A DNA stretch of 63,153 bases, the filler included, from Octopus bimaculoides (Eukaryota): assembly GCF_001194135.2 (NCBI RefSeq). It is 4 parts of 4 records of this genome, joined end to end, with 100 filler letters (N's around TTAATTAATTAA, not from the genome) between each part and the next. Parts side by side here need not be neighbours in the genome. Positions count along the whole stretch, not along the records: positions 25,541 to 37,205 come from NC_068999.1; positions 37,306 to 43,066 come from NW_026314365.1; 2 more parts are not named here. One strand, 5' to 3'. The translations under genes were made by a program, and so were the position numbers. Shown here in pieces: positions 28,446-41,034 of the stretch; position 1 is the first letter of the stretch; each line of letters opens with the position of its first letter. The notes beneath the pieces are model-generated. The model was not told where the DNA came from, did no database searches, and saw only the letters and a list, made by a program, of their open reading frames with translations.

Positions 28446-28468
28446 ATATTTGGGTTGTTTTTGCCGTT

Positions 28469-28679
28469 AACGGTTTCAAATTTTGGCACAAGGCGAAATT
28501 TGATGACAGGTGGTTAGTCGATTATATCAATCCTAGTGATCAACTAGTGCTTATTTTATCGACCCTATATGGAAGAAAGGCTAAACTGACCTCGGAGAAA
28601 TTTCAACTCAGAACATAAAGAGTTAGAAGAAATGCCACTTCGCATTTTTTTTCCGGCGCGCTGAGAATGCTGTCAGCAG
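28469..28679 (-). mobile_element. Family B SINE, degenerate, tail-to-tail with the preceding copy
   Basis: GGTTTCAAATTTTGGCACAAGG...GTCGATTATATC...TTTTATCGACCC...TGACCTCGG...AACTCAGAAC, read antisense. Confidence 0.7.
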
Positions 28680-29517
28680 TTCTATCGATGTATGCTTTCT
28701 ACTTAGTTTTTTTCCCAACAGCATTATTATACAATGGATTCTAGATGATTATACATGGTCAAATGGTCAACTCGGAAGAAGGAGTCGTAATTTTTTATCC
28801 GATCTTATAGCTTGAGTTTTATATTTTAAAACATACATTGAAACTTGTACATGGAAACGATTATCTATTTCAACACACACACATACACACTATCGCATAC
28901 AAACACACACGTATATACATATACTGTCACTCTGCAGCAACAAACCACACCTGTCTACATGGTATATATCTTAGCCTGAAGGAAGTCTTGGTATTTTTAA
29001 AGGTTTGGTCTTCTTCGTAGCATTTCTGGTAACACGCATCTGTGATAGAAGGCGCGCTATCAAATACACGAACACAGCTGCTGTTGTTATTGTAACAACT
29101 CTATATTTCCTGCGTGGTCTAATCCTCCTTTGAACTTCCCCTACCAATGAAAGGTATTTATATTGCCTTCAGCAACCTATCCTCGCCTCCCACTCCTCTC
29201 CGTCTATGTCTCACTCTCTGAAGCTGGAAAGGAGCCGTTTCGTTCTGCTCAACTTTCGGTCTTCTTCGCATCATTTCTGTATTGCCTGTGTTCCTGCCGC
29301 TGCCGCTGCCGCTGCTGCTGCTACCAGCAGTCCTATGGCGTTCCGACTAGATCAGTTCCGTTTCCCTTTTTTCAATTATAGTGCTTAAGAGGCACGTAGT
29401 CAAAGATATTCTTCTATCTGCATAAAACCATTCTGTCATTCAAATACGATATCTATCAGACATCAACAGTCCAATCTTTACTTCATTTTGTAAATGACTA
29501 CCCTGGCTTATTTTTAT

Positions 29518-29657
29518 AGGCGTAGATATGGCTCTGGTGGTTAAGAAACTCGATTTGCTACCACGTGGCTTCAATTTCACTACTGCAGCATAGTACCTTG
29601 GGCAAGTGTCTTATACTATAGCCTCGGGTCGATTGAATTTGCTTAACGGAAACTGTA
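29518..29657 (+). mobile_element. Family C SINE head fragment
   Basis: GGCGTAGATATGGCT...CCTTGGGCAAGTGTCTTATACTATAGCCTCGGG...ACGGAAACTG. Confidence 0.65.
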
Positions 29658-30344
29658 GAATCCTGACACATTGTTCTCTCTCCAGTTTTTCTTTCTCTTC
29701 ATTTTTCCCCTCTTGTCTCTTTCTGTTGAAGAACGTAGGCTCAAAACGTCATCCATTTCTATATATTCTTTTATTCTTTAATTTGTTGGCCGGTTTAACT
29801 TCAACTTGGCTGCCTTTTGCTTAGTCTAATCCGTAGCAAGCATTCTTACCAGGTTCCTTGTATGAAGATACCCTTCTTCTTCTTCTTCTTCTTCTTCTTC
29901 TTCTTGCAAATACATTCTTCCTGAATAAAAAAAATTTAAAAAAGCAATTTTGTTGTTGTTGTTCTTGCTGTTAGCCTTTCAATGTACTTAAATACTTTCC
30001 TAAACAATCATACAATTCATTCCAATGGCTCCGAGGAAGCTATAAGATACACAAGCACTGATATCTGAGTGCACTGCTTCTTAGAGTAGAAATTATTGTA
30101 AGCTAATGAAGTTGACAATACAATTCCTGTCTCCTTGTCATTCAATAATTAACACCACGCTCTCTACTCTCCTAACTCTATATTTATTTTAAGGTTTATG
30201 AACACTGAGTTCTAACAACTAGTTATTAGTACCGTTGTACCTAAGCAAAATCCTAAATATTTTTGTATGTATTTGTGCGCATGTGTGTGTTTATATGTAT
30301 GTATTTGTGTGTATGTGTGTTTATATGTATGTATGTACGCTCGT

Positions 30345-30555
30345 GTACAAAATACATGGATGAAGTTATCAATGTTCCATTCACACACTGACATACAAAG
30401 CATGGCCACGAACGATTGCCAAATCAATTCGTTGCCTCAACCATGACAGAGGCCCAGCTGTCGCTTTAAATATCTTTGCTTCGTTGACGTTGGTGAAAAC
30501 CTTCATCGACAGACGGGCGACATCAGTTGCTTCTATTACAGCTGGATTAGTGACA
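30345..30555 (-). mobile_element. CRE-clade retrotransposon, 3'-terminal fragment of a different family from 49905-53990
   Basis: Minus strand ...AGPLSWLRQRIDLAIVRGHA matches the CRE RLE C-terminal motif (QR.S.AI.RGNA; compare LAIARGNAA in the large copy). CA/CATA repeats flank it. Confidence 0.55.
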
Positions 30556-30585
30556 TTTGCATGCGTATGTGTGTGTTTGTGTGTG

Positions 30586-30627
<42 letters not shown>

Positions 30628-30819
30628 TGTGTGTGAGTGCGTGTAGCAGCATCATGCAATTTCATTATTTGTTTTACTCAGTCCTCATTGCAAAACTCAG
30701 CTTCATTGAGAACAGCGGTTGTAGTGACGTCACAAATGAACAAGTGACGCAAAGTACATAAAAATTAGGGAGTCACCGCTTTCCACCGTTGGTAGTACAG
30801 GCAGATCATGATATTGGTA

Positions 30820-31050
30820 TACAATGTGTTCATGGACCAGATTTTTAGTTTTTCGATTCTTCATTTGACATCGCTTTCAGCATCTCCACTGTGGCATAGA
30901 ACACTTCCCATGTACATTAGTCGGATTATATTTTCGGCTGTCTGGTCTTTAACACCGAAGTGGCTTTCCTTGTTCCTTGGCCAGTCCCCAATTGTCTTCA
31001 TTAGTCTTCTCTTCGCCAGTTTATTTAAAAAAAGATAATTAGCATTTAGA
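30820..31050 (-). mobile_element. Ancient RTE-like RT relic
   Basis: RLMYMGSVLCHSGDAESDVK*RIEK resembles the YLGS...G....DV..RI.KA region of RTE RT. Confidence 0.3.
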
Positions 31051-31819
31051 GAATGGCTGCTAATTAGTCAAGTCGCCAGAGTCAGTAAGATCGATAAAAC
31101 GTTGAACAAAATGACTTCTGGTATTTAGAATAATTCATTTCAATATTCTTGTTTTCTCGTGTATAAAGAAATTCAATCTGTGACCATTCCATCGAATTTT
31201 CAGTTATCGTGTAACTTTATGAACAATATTTGATATATTCATCTTCCTTTTTAAGAAAATTGAATGATATGAAGGTTTGGTTACTATTTCTAGCAGAGTC
31301 GGTCGTCAACATCGAGACTTCCTCATATATAAAATTTATAAATAAATGAACTCATGCGGCCCGCCAATTCATGAGCCTTTTCTCATGCGGCCCACTTCAC
31401 GAAAAAGATTGCTCATGCCAGATTTAGCTACTTCCTGTTATTGTTATTGTTCTTGTTTAGTCACAAGTTAGCTTCAACAAAGCAGAATTAACATTAAAAG
31501 CGTTCCAACCACGACAAACTCGTACTATTTCAAATACAATGTGCATTGGACATCCTCATTTGATATGTCTTGCCATTGCTTCAAAAGTGATTTGAAGGAC
31601 AATTAGCTGTTATTTCAACAGGTACAGTGACCACATAGAGATCAAACACATGCTCGAGGATTAACCTAAACCTGATAATCTAGTCTTATTTTCAGATACA
31701 GTAGTAAGTGGGACACCATTATCCAATTTGTCCTTCAGATCTTTTTAAGGTTAAATAGTATGTGACATGTGACTTGACTGCTATTTCTAGGAAACTGCGA
31801 GACCATGGGGAGGTTTTGT

Positions 31820-32170
31820 CAATAGACCCTTGTTATTATTATTGTTGTTGTTGATGTTAGTCTTGCTGTTGTAGCTGTTGTTGTTGTTGTTGTTGCTGTT
31901 GTTGCTTTCATTATTGTTGTTGGTGTTGTTGCTGCACATGCTTATGTTGCTGCTGTTATTGAAGTGATGCAGCTGTTGGTTACTGCCAAGGCTGGTGTTC
32001 TTCCTGATATTACCCTCCACCACTATCAGCACCACCAACTTAGACACCACCGCCACCACCACCACCACTTCCACTACCTCCTCCTCCTTCTCCGCCTCCT
32101 CCTCCTTCTTCTTCTCCTCCTTCTCCGCCTCCTCCTCCTTCTTCTCCTCCTTCTCCTCCTTCTCCTCTCC
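31820..32170. repeat. Compound (GTT/GCT), (CCA) and (CCT/CTT) low-complexity tract
   Basis: Seen directly. It is followed by a family A SINE tail fragment at about 32175-32222. Confidence 0.85.
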
Positions 32171-32759
32171 TCCTTCGGATCCCCTGGAACCCTCGTCGTC
32201 GTAACCGACGGAGTGCCACGACATCATTTCCGCCTGTTTTATTTCGACTTTCCCAACATCGCTTACTCTCTTACACTCTCGCCTCAGACCTGCACTAGTT
32301 TCTATTCCTTTATTCTATTATTCTTTTACTTGTTTCACTCATTTGATTGAGGCCATGCTGGAGCTTACCTCTCCATTTATTTCATTCAATTTGTTCTTTT
32401 GTACTCATATTATCCGGTCTGTGTGGCCCAAGGTTTCCTCTAATAACGTCGCCATTTATTCTTTACTCCAAAACTTCTTTATCTCACTTTCTCTTCCCAT
32501 TAAGTCGCGTTGTTCTCGCTAACTCTCATCTTCTCTCGTATCAACGTCTCTCATTTTTAATTTCATCTTTTATCCTCCTACTGATATAATTCACGTAATC
32601 TCTCGTGTCCTCTCATCTCATAATCTCGAGTCTTCTTGATTTCATCTCTCGTGTATTCTCATCTCATCATTTCTGGTATCTTCTGGATCTCATCTTCTCT
32701 CTTCTCCCGTCTCATCACCTGTCATTTCGCCATCTCCCATCCTCCTCCTAACATTCTAA

Positions 32760-33287
32760 CCACCACCGCCTCTTTTATCTTTCTTCTTCTTCTTCTTCTT
32801 CTTCTTCTTCTTCTTCTTCTTCTTCTTCTTCTTCTTCTTCATTTTTCCTCCTCTTCTTCCTTCTCCTCCTCCTCCACCACCACCACCACCACCTCCCCCT
32901 TCCTCCTGCTCTCTTCCTCTTCTCCTCCCTCTCATAATCTCGCCTCTCCTCTTCCTCCTCCCCTCTTGTTGTTGTTGTTGTTCTTCTTCTTCTTCTTCTT
33001 CTTCTTCTTCTTGTTCTTGTTCTTCTTCTTCTTCGTTTTCTTCTTCTCCTTCTTCATCTTCTCCTGCCCTCCTCATCTCACCCCTCCTCTTGCTCCGTCT
33101 CTTCCCCCTTCTCTTGTTGTTGTTGTTGTTCTTCTTCTTCTTCTTGTTGTTGTTCTTGTTCTTCTTCTTCTTCGTTTTCTTCTTCATTTTCGTCTTCTTT
33201 TCCTGCCCTCCTCCTGCCTTCTTCCTCCTCTTCTCCCTCCCCTCATCTCACCTCTCCTCCTGCTCCATCTCTTCCTCCTCCTCCTCC

Positions 33288-33321
<34 letters not shown>

Positions 33322-33510
33322 ATTCTTCTTCTTCTTCTCCTCCTCCTCCTTCTTCACCTCCCCCTCTCCACCTCCCACCGTCTCTCGCTTCGTTACCTCT
33401 TTTCTCTTGTTATTATTGCTGAAGTTACCATCGTTGCCTTGGCTCTGCAGACCTCCCTCACTTCTTCGACTCCCCCACACCACATCAAAACCCCCTTCTC
33501 ATAACCCCCA
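32760..33510. repeat. Long polypyrimidine (CTT/CCT/GTT)n tract with higher-order duplication
   Basis: The block CCTGCCCTCCTC...CATCTCACC.CTCCTC..GCTCC.TCTCTTCC recurs at about 33064 and 33203-33270, separated by (GTT)n(CTT)n. Confidence 0.85.
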
Positions 33511-34321
33511 NNNNNNNNNNNNNNNNNNNNNNNNNNNNNNNNNNNNNNNNNNNNNNNNNNNNNNNNNNNNNNNNNNNNNNNNNNNNNNNNNNNNNNNNNN
33601 NNNNNNNNNNNNNNNNNNNNNNNNNNNNNNNNNNNNNNNNNNNNNNNNNNNNNNNNNNNNNNNNNNNNNNNNNNNNNNNNNNNNNNNNNNNNNNNNNNNN
33701 NNNNNNNNNNNNNNNNNNNNNNNNNNNNNNNNNNNNNNNNNNNNNNNNNNNNNNNNNNNNNNNNNNNNNNNNNNNNNNNNNNNNNNNNNNNNNNNNNNNN
33801 NNNNNNNNNNNNNNNNNNNNNNNNNNNNNNNNNNNNNNNNNNNNNNNNNNNNNNNNNNNNNNNNNNNNNNNNNNNNNNNNNNNNNNNNNNNNNNNNNNNN
33901 NNNNNNNNNNNNNNNNNNNNNNNNNNNNNNNNNNNNNNNNNNNNNNNNNNNNNNNNNNNNNNNNNNNNNNNNNNNNNNNNNNNNNNNNNNNNNNNNNNNN
34001 NNNNNNNNNNNNNNNNNNNNNNNNATGCTTATCAATGTGCAGGTGCATCGGTGTGTGCACATTTACAAACGGATATATACGTGTGTCCGCACATGCGTAT
34101 ATACATTTATGCAGATAAGATACTATAAATGTATGTGTGTGTGTGTGCGTGTGTGTATCTTTGTGTATATGTGTGCATGCGTGTGCATTTGTGTAGTGGT
34201 GTGTGTGTGTGTGTGTGTAGTTGTGTGTGTGTGTGTGTGTAGTTGTGTGTATGTGTGTGTAGTTGTGTGTATGTGTGTGTGCGTGCGCGCGCATGTGTGC
34301 GCATGTGTGTGTGTGTGTGTA

Positions 34322-34596
34322 TTCTTTTATTCTTTTACTTGTTTCAGTCATTTGACTGCGGCCATGCTGGAGCACCACCTTTAGTCGAACAAATCAACCC
34401 CAGGAGTTATTCTTTCTAAGCCCAGTACTTATTCTATCGATGTCTTGTGCCGAACTGGTAACTTACGGGAACGTAAACACACCAACATCGGTGGGCAAGC
34501 AATGGCGGGAGGACAAACACAGACACACAAATACATACATACATACATACATACATACACATATATATATATATGCGACGGGTTTGTTTCAGTTTG
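34322..34596 (-). mobile_element. Family C SINE, 3' two-thirds
   Basis: TTCTTTTACTTGTTTCAGTCATTTGACTGCGGCCATGCTGGAGCACC...TACTTATTCTATCG...GGACAAACACAGACACAC. Confidence 0.85.
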
Positions 34597-35304
34597 TGTA
34601 TAGGCTTTCGCGCGACTGTCTGTATGTGTGCGTGCGCACATGTTGCGCGCACGCGCATTATGCATTTCTATATTAATTTCTATATTAAATTCTTAATACA
34701 CGATACAATACTATGCAATACTATACTATAGAAACCAGTTCTATGCTCCTCACGGAGTAATGTGGGCTACTTATCATCTGCACTATCAACCTGCACAATA
34801 TTTCGTTTCTACAGAATAGTACACAGCATTGCACTCTACTACAGCGTCTTACTCTAGATTTTATCACCTGTTTAGACAAAACTCCATTTCTCTACAACTG
34901 TACAGCACAATACGCAATATTAATGGACGCCAAATTATTTCAAGGTCGACACATAGAAGTATTTTAACTGTACATTCGCGTACATATTCACACACACAAA
35001 TAAACAATAAAATGCCCGTACCCACACACTCGCACACAACGAGCGGTTACACACATACACAAATGGACACAAGCACACACACGTACAAACCTACACAAAC
35101 ATACAAATGTGCAAACATACACACATATACATAGACGTTCACAGACATACACTGACATACAAACACACGTACACCACAGAGGCCGGGAAGCATTTAGAAC
35201 ACTTAGAAAGACATAAAACCATAGATTCAGATACAAACATACAGACTGACGGATTGAGAGAGAGAGAGAGAGAGAGAAATAGAGAGAGAGAGGGAGAAAG
35301 AGAA

Positions 35305-35350
<46 letters not shown>

Positions 35351-36109
35351 GGGGGGGAGAAAGCCACAGACAGGCAGAGGTACAGACAGACACACTCTGA
35401 AGACTAAGGAATGTGTTCCAATTTCCTGAATCAAAAGAACAAGGTTAAGAAAGGCTTGCGAGGCACCTATTNNNNNNNNNNNNNNNNNNNNNNNNNNNNN
35501 NNNNNNNNNNNNNNNNNNNNNNNNNNNNNNNNNNNNNNNNNNNNNNNNNNNNNNNNNNNNNNNNNNNNNNNNNNNNNNNNNNNNNNNNNNNNNNNNNNNN
35601 NNNNNNNNNNNNNNNNNNNNNNNNNNNNNNNNNNNNNNNNNNNNNNNNNNNNNNNNNNNNNNNNNNNNNNNNNNNNNNNNNNNNNNNNNNNNNNNNNNNN
35701 NNNNNNNNNNNNNNNNNNNNNNNNNNNNNNNNNNNNNNNNNNNNNNNNNNNNNNNNNNNNNNNNNNNNNNNNNNNNNNNNNNNNNNNNNNNNNNNNNNNN
35801 NNNNNNNNNNNNNNNNNNNNNNNNNNNNNNNNNNNNNNNNNNNNNNNNNNNNNNNNNNNNNNNNNNNNNNNNNNNNNNNNNNNNNNNNNNNNNNNNNNNN
35901 NNNNNNNNNNNNNNNNNNNNNNNNNNNNNNNNNNNNNNNNNNNNNNNNNNNNNNNNNNNNNNNNNNNNNNNNNNNNNNNNNNNNNNNNNNNNNNNNNNNN
36001 NNNNNNNNNNNNNNNNNNNNNNNNNNNNNNNNNNNNNNNNNNNNNNNNNNNNNNNNNNNNNNNNNNNNNNNNNNNNNNNNNNNNNNNNNNNNNNNNNNNN
36101 NNTATATAT

Positions 36110-36800
36110 ACTAGACTAGACTACTCGTGACTCGTCGGGTCATCAATAATTCAAGGTACCAGGAAAGTCAGAGTTTCCCCAGCAACGGAGTTTTGTTTCG
36201 TGTTTTTTTCTTTTCCAGGTTATTTTGCATGCTTTCAACGAATGTGATATCAAAATCACGCGTACACGGCTCCTTTCCCCAGAAAGAGAAAGATATGGCT
36301 GCTATTTTTTGCACGCCCTACTACCACGTGACAGGTATTTCGGGTCCTTTATCGCAAATGGCTGTTACGTGGTAGCTAGAAATAGCAACGAGATCTTTGG
36401 AGGTGAGATACGTTGAATGCACTGGAAAAAAAAACCTATGAAAAAATACTATTTCACACCGAGGTTACGAATAGGTCTTTTACGAAATATTTACTATACC
36501 AAGTAAAAATATTTTGCGCATCATAATGTGCCTATTGGAAAGGTTAGAGTTTCTTCTCTTTCAGGGTTAAGTTATTTTCGGAGAATTTTCCCATTATGCA
36601 CCATTTTGGATATTTATATTCTCAAAAATCCCGAATATCTCAATAACCACTGGTCCGATTTATGCGAAACTTGTTTTATTCCGTTTGTATTCACATTTCA
36701 GGGGATATTTACTTTCAAAGTATTTTCCCATTATGCACTAGTTTGGCTGTGTAACATTACAAGCAAGCAAGCAAGATTGAAGCTCATTTTCAATGTAATA
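36110..36800 (+). mobile_element. Possible non-autonomous Helentron/DINE-like element
   Basis: Starts TATACTAG... after (TA)n. Contains ACCACTGGTCCGATTTATGCGAAACTT (resembles a HINE/DINE core motif) and a 17-bp internal direct repeat ATTTTCCCATTATGCAC. Confidence 0.25.
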
Positions 36801-36897
36801 TATTTATATATACATATAGAGTGTATGCGTGTATGTGTATGTACGAGTGTGTATATGTGTGTGTGCATGTGCAGTCACACACACACTTACATACATG

Positions 36898-37195
36898 TGT
36901 CGGTAACAACGACGAGGGTCCCAGCTGATACTATCAACGGAAAAGCATGTTCGTGAAATTAACGTGCAAGTGGCTGAGCACTCCACAGACACGTGTACCA
37001 TTAACGTAGTTCTCAGTGAGATTCAGCATAGCACAGTGTGACAAGGCTGGCCCTTTGAAATACAGGTACTACTCATTTTTGGCAGGTGAGTGGAAATAAG
37101 GTGTCTTGCCTAAGGACACAACGATCGCAGGGAATAGAACTCACAACCTTAGGATCGTCAGCCGAATACCCTACCCACTAAGCCACACGCCTTCA
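36898..37195 (-). mobile_element. tRNA-derived SINE, family A, tail type 2
   Basis: Head TGAAGGCGTGTGGCTTAGTGGG...GTGAGTTCTATTCC as at 2653, but a different 3' half (plus strand GACGACGAGGG.CCCAG...TTAACGTGCAAGTGGCTGAGC). Tail fragments also at about 32175 and 37965. Confidence 0.8.
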
Positions 37196-37205
37196 TATAT
37201 ATATA

Positions 37206-37305
37206 NNNNNNNNNNNNNNNNNNNNNNNNNNNNNNNNNNNNNNNNNNNNTTAATTAATTAANNNNNNNNNNNNNNNNNNNNNNNNNNNNNNNNNNNNNNN
37301 NNNNN
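37206..37305. other. Artificial scaffold join: 44 N + TTAATTAATTAA + 44 N
   Basis: Identical 100-bp spacer. Confidence 0.9.
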
Positions 37306-37348
<43 letters not shown>

Positions 37349-38416
37349 ATGACTATGAATAAGCCAGTGTAGGTTTAATCTGGATGGTTATTTGCGTTCG
37401 ATCTGATCTGTTTGTTTTATTCGCAGTTTAAATGTAAATAAAATTCTAAACTACATCGAAATCCTTAAGAATGCAGTTATTCATTTTTTTGTTTTTGCTA
37501 GCGTTGTGTGTTAAAAGGGAATGATCAATATGAGTCTATCAAAACTAGGTGGGAAGAGGGAGCGAAGATTCTTGATACAGCATTGTGAAGCGCATTTGCG
37601 TTGTGTTTACTCGTAGAAGATGTGAATCAACTCTAGGTAAACGAAAATGCGTGTCAAATATAGAGTATCACCATTCCTTGAAGAATTCATTCAAAAGAGA
37701 GCAAGAACGTATTCTCGTTTACGTCAAAATCGAAGATGCTCACGGGTTGTAAGTTGTTTTCATCCAGACATTGCACGATTACTTATGTCAACTGTACAAT
37801 TTCATTTGGTTTAGCGCTTGAAATTTTGTGGTTTTTGGCCAGTGAGGTTAAATGGTTTGCATACAGTGTGTATTGAAAATTAAAGACATTAAGATTATTT
37901 TATTTCTTTACAATTGTAATTATCTTCTTCTACTCATTAATTAAAAATAACTAGCATTCTGTCGTTTATGACGACGAGGGTTCCAGTTGATTCGATCAAC
38001 GGAACAGCATATATTTGTTTTGTATATTGAATCACATATGCTAGTTGAGTTCCTTTTACTTTTATTCATTCAACTAATTCATCGATATATTTCTTTCATT
38101 GAATTTCATGGATGAAGAGTTACTTTTTCGCGACTTGCTGTTTGGCGTATTTAGGAACTGGCGGTGTATTTGATCGATATATACACTAATTTCATAAGCA
38201 GGTTGTTCCGCTGAAACAGACTGGAGTAATCGACAGAGTGGTAGTTCTTTTTTATTAATGAGCAACCCGAAAATGTTATTTGTGCAGTAAAATTAAACTT
38301 GCTATTAAATATTCGCAAGGTGTGTCACATCATTTACACGCAGTCATACCTACAAATTCATTGGTGACAGACAGACATACACACACACGAACACATGCAT
38401 GCACACGAACACACAC

Positions 38417-38452
<36 letters not shown>

Positions 38453-38496
38453 NNNNNNNNNNNNNNNNNNNNNNNNNNNNNNNTTATGCGTGTATA

Positions 38497-38560
<64 letters not shown>

Positions 38561-38570
38561 GTATGTATGT

Positions 38571-41034
38571 TCGTTCTTCTCTTTCTCTTCTTAATTCAGA
38601 GAAAATCTAAACCGGCCACCTACTTTGGAGGACGGTTGTGAAGGAAAGTATCTTGTTTTAACCGTCATCCTTTAAATCATAAGTAGGTCTTGCAGACTTT
38701 AATAGCCCCAGATATCGTGATCATTAAGCATATGAATTAAGGATTTACCTTCTCTCCCCAAGATCCCAAGTTCACCCATACTTTGTTTCAGAAAGGATAG
38801 TATGTATCCTCTTGATCCAATAAGTATGAAGCTGAAAGTGTATCTTGGGTACTGGATTTGAAAACACATTATCAATGGTCCATAGATGTCCCCTTTTCCT
38901 TGTATTTTTCTAACCTCATTTGTGTCCAGAGGGCAGATGGTTTCTACTACAGAGCATATCTTATTTTTTGTGGTCGCACAGGGTAAGATCTGTCCGGCTG
39001 TGTTTTAACTTGGTAGCTGTTTTAATTTTTAAGTTAGACCAGTATTCTTTTGGTCTATCAGTCTCAAAATTGTCAACTTCGTTTGATGATGTTTTCTTTT
39101 CTTGTTATCCTGTTCCAGATCATTCTGTCCACCACATCATGCCTAATGGGAAGATAATAACTAGAAGACATTCTCTTACAGTTGACAATAATGTGATTGA
39201 TGTCCTCAATCGTGGTCTTGCACAGTCTACATTTGTTGGTTGTCAAATCTTTCTGCTTTTTATACTGCAGGTACTCGGCGGGAATCTCTTGTTCTTGGAT
39301 TCGATGGATGTAGCCTTCAAAGTGTCATAAACTTGTCAATACTTTATGCTAAGCTTTTGATATAATCAATCAATCTCTTCTATGGTTTGTGTTTAACGTA
39401 CCAAGTACCCATGTATAATCTTCTCAGTGAACTGGTTAATTTTTTAATTCTATTGTTCAGATAAATTGATTTTAACAAAGTTCCTTGGGGAGAGATCTAT
39501 ATCAGCTTTTATATCATACCTCCTCTCAAGTCCATTAACTATTCTAGTTATGTTGTTGGTTTCATGGTCACAAATTTGGGTAAGGTAGTTACTGCTCTCT
39601 CTCCTCGGCTGTAGATATTGTTTCAGTATCACAATGCGTGTTTCATATGACATCAATACAGATTTGAGACCATGGATACCATCCTTGCGTGGGAAGTATA
39701 ACCTGTCTACATCTCCATTGATGTTGAATTTTCCTGTAACACTGAGCAGTTTGCAAGTTTGGACATCTGTCTCATTGAGTTCTTGTAGTGACCAGTTCAG
39801 AAGGCCAAATGTAGGTGTGAGAACAGGCACTGCAAAACTATTGTGGGCAATATGCTCATTGTAATCTGAGAGTTCTGATGATCATACTCTCTTTACTCTC
39901 CTGAGGTATTCATTTCTGGTCCGCTCCTTATTTATGAGTCCTTCATATCTGACATTCCCATCTTGTCCGAGATACCTATAATTGTCATTTGATTGTAGAA
40001 GTTGTATTGTCAAGCCGTTCATTCATAACTTTTCTATGTTTTGCAATTAAATATACACATTTGGAGTCACTGAATTTAATCCCATTGTCTGTAGAAAATT
40101 GGGCTATGAGGTCCAGTTGTTTTTTATATGGTTGATATTTGGCCCATACAGTCTCGGGTAACTGACAAAGAAAAGATGGAAGATATTTCTGGATCTATTT
40201 CTCTGGTCAGTAAATTTTGTGAGCAGGAGTGGCTGTGTGGTAAGTAGCTTGCTTACCAACCACATGATTCCGGGTTCAGTCCCACTGCGTGGAACTTTGG
40301 GCAAGTGTCTTCTACTGTAGCCTCTGGCCGACCAAAGCCTTGTGAGTGGATTTGGATAGACGGAAACTGAAAGAAGCCTGTCGTATATATGTATATGTAT
40401 ATATGTGTGTGTTTGTGTGCCTGTATTTGTCCCCCTAACATCGCTTGACAACCGATGCTGGTGTGTTTACACCCCCGTAACCTAGCGGTTCGGCAACAGA
40501 GACCGATAGAATAAGTATTAGGCTCACAAAGAATAAGTCCTGGGGTCGATTTGCTCGACTAAAGGCTGTGCTCCAGCATGGCCACAGTCAAATGACTGAA
40601 ACAAGTTAAACAGTTAGACAGTTAAACAGTAAACAGATATTTTAGTGGGTTTAATGAGAGGACAAAGAGCAACACCAACAGTCTATCACCCTGAAAGTTG
40701 CCTTTCTTTCTTTGGTAGCGAATGCTATCGGACTCCGTTTGCTCCTCATCACTCATAATGAGGAAAGTGGTGTGCAAAGTCTTGGTCAGGTGTTCAATTG
40801 CACTTATTAGTGGTTGTGGAACTTTGGGCGACTGTAAAGCCTTAATAATCCACCCATGTGGTATACTATCAAAAGCCGTCTGATAGTTCAACCACACTAC
40901 GGTGAAATTCCCAATTTTGTTTTTACTGTTTCTTCCATGATCATTTTGTTAATAAGTAGCTTCTGTATACAACCTCACACCTCCTTTTTACCTACAGCTA
41001 ACTCAGGTATTGTAATGTTGTTGGTGGCACAATT
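38571..41034 (-). mobile_element. R4/Dong-clade non-LTR retrotransposon, 5'-truncated and decayed (RT, CCHC knuckle, PD-(D/E)xK endonuclease)
   Basis: WLNYQTAFDSIPHGWI...KGNFQGDRLLVLLFVLSLNPL (RT); YRYLG; PVLTPTFGLLNWS...DVDRLYFPRK (thumb); CRLCKTTIEDINHIIVNC...RHD; KHSRTDLTL; IYGPL...ILIGSRGYI. Many stops and frameshifts; interrupted by a SINE. Confidence 0.85.
40223..40635 (+). mobile_element. Family C SINE, full length, inserted in the RT domain of the R4 element
   Basis: Close match to 21815-22514 with a short internal microsatellite and an (AAACAGTT)-like tail. It splits the RT between LNPLKYL and the YxDD region. Confidence 0.9.

Noticed and set aside
30720-30733. TGTAGTGACGTC matching the terminus of the 60224 LTR
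   Set aside because: Only 12 bp match, with no further homology or TSD.
31787-32227. 146-aa ORF with poly-E and poly-N tracts resembling an octopus low-complexity exon
   Set aside because: Its N-terminus (SWHSVGYDDEGSRGS) is the antisense of a SINE tail also found at 36900 and 37965; the rest is microsatellite, with no convincing splice sites.
36219-36334. Plus-strand exon-like segment (TTTTCCAG|...ACAG|GTATTT)
   Set aside because: Lies inside a probable non-autonomous transposon, length is not a multiple of 3, and there is no recognisable protein.
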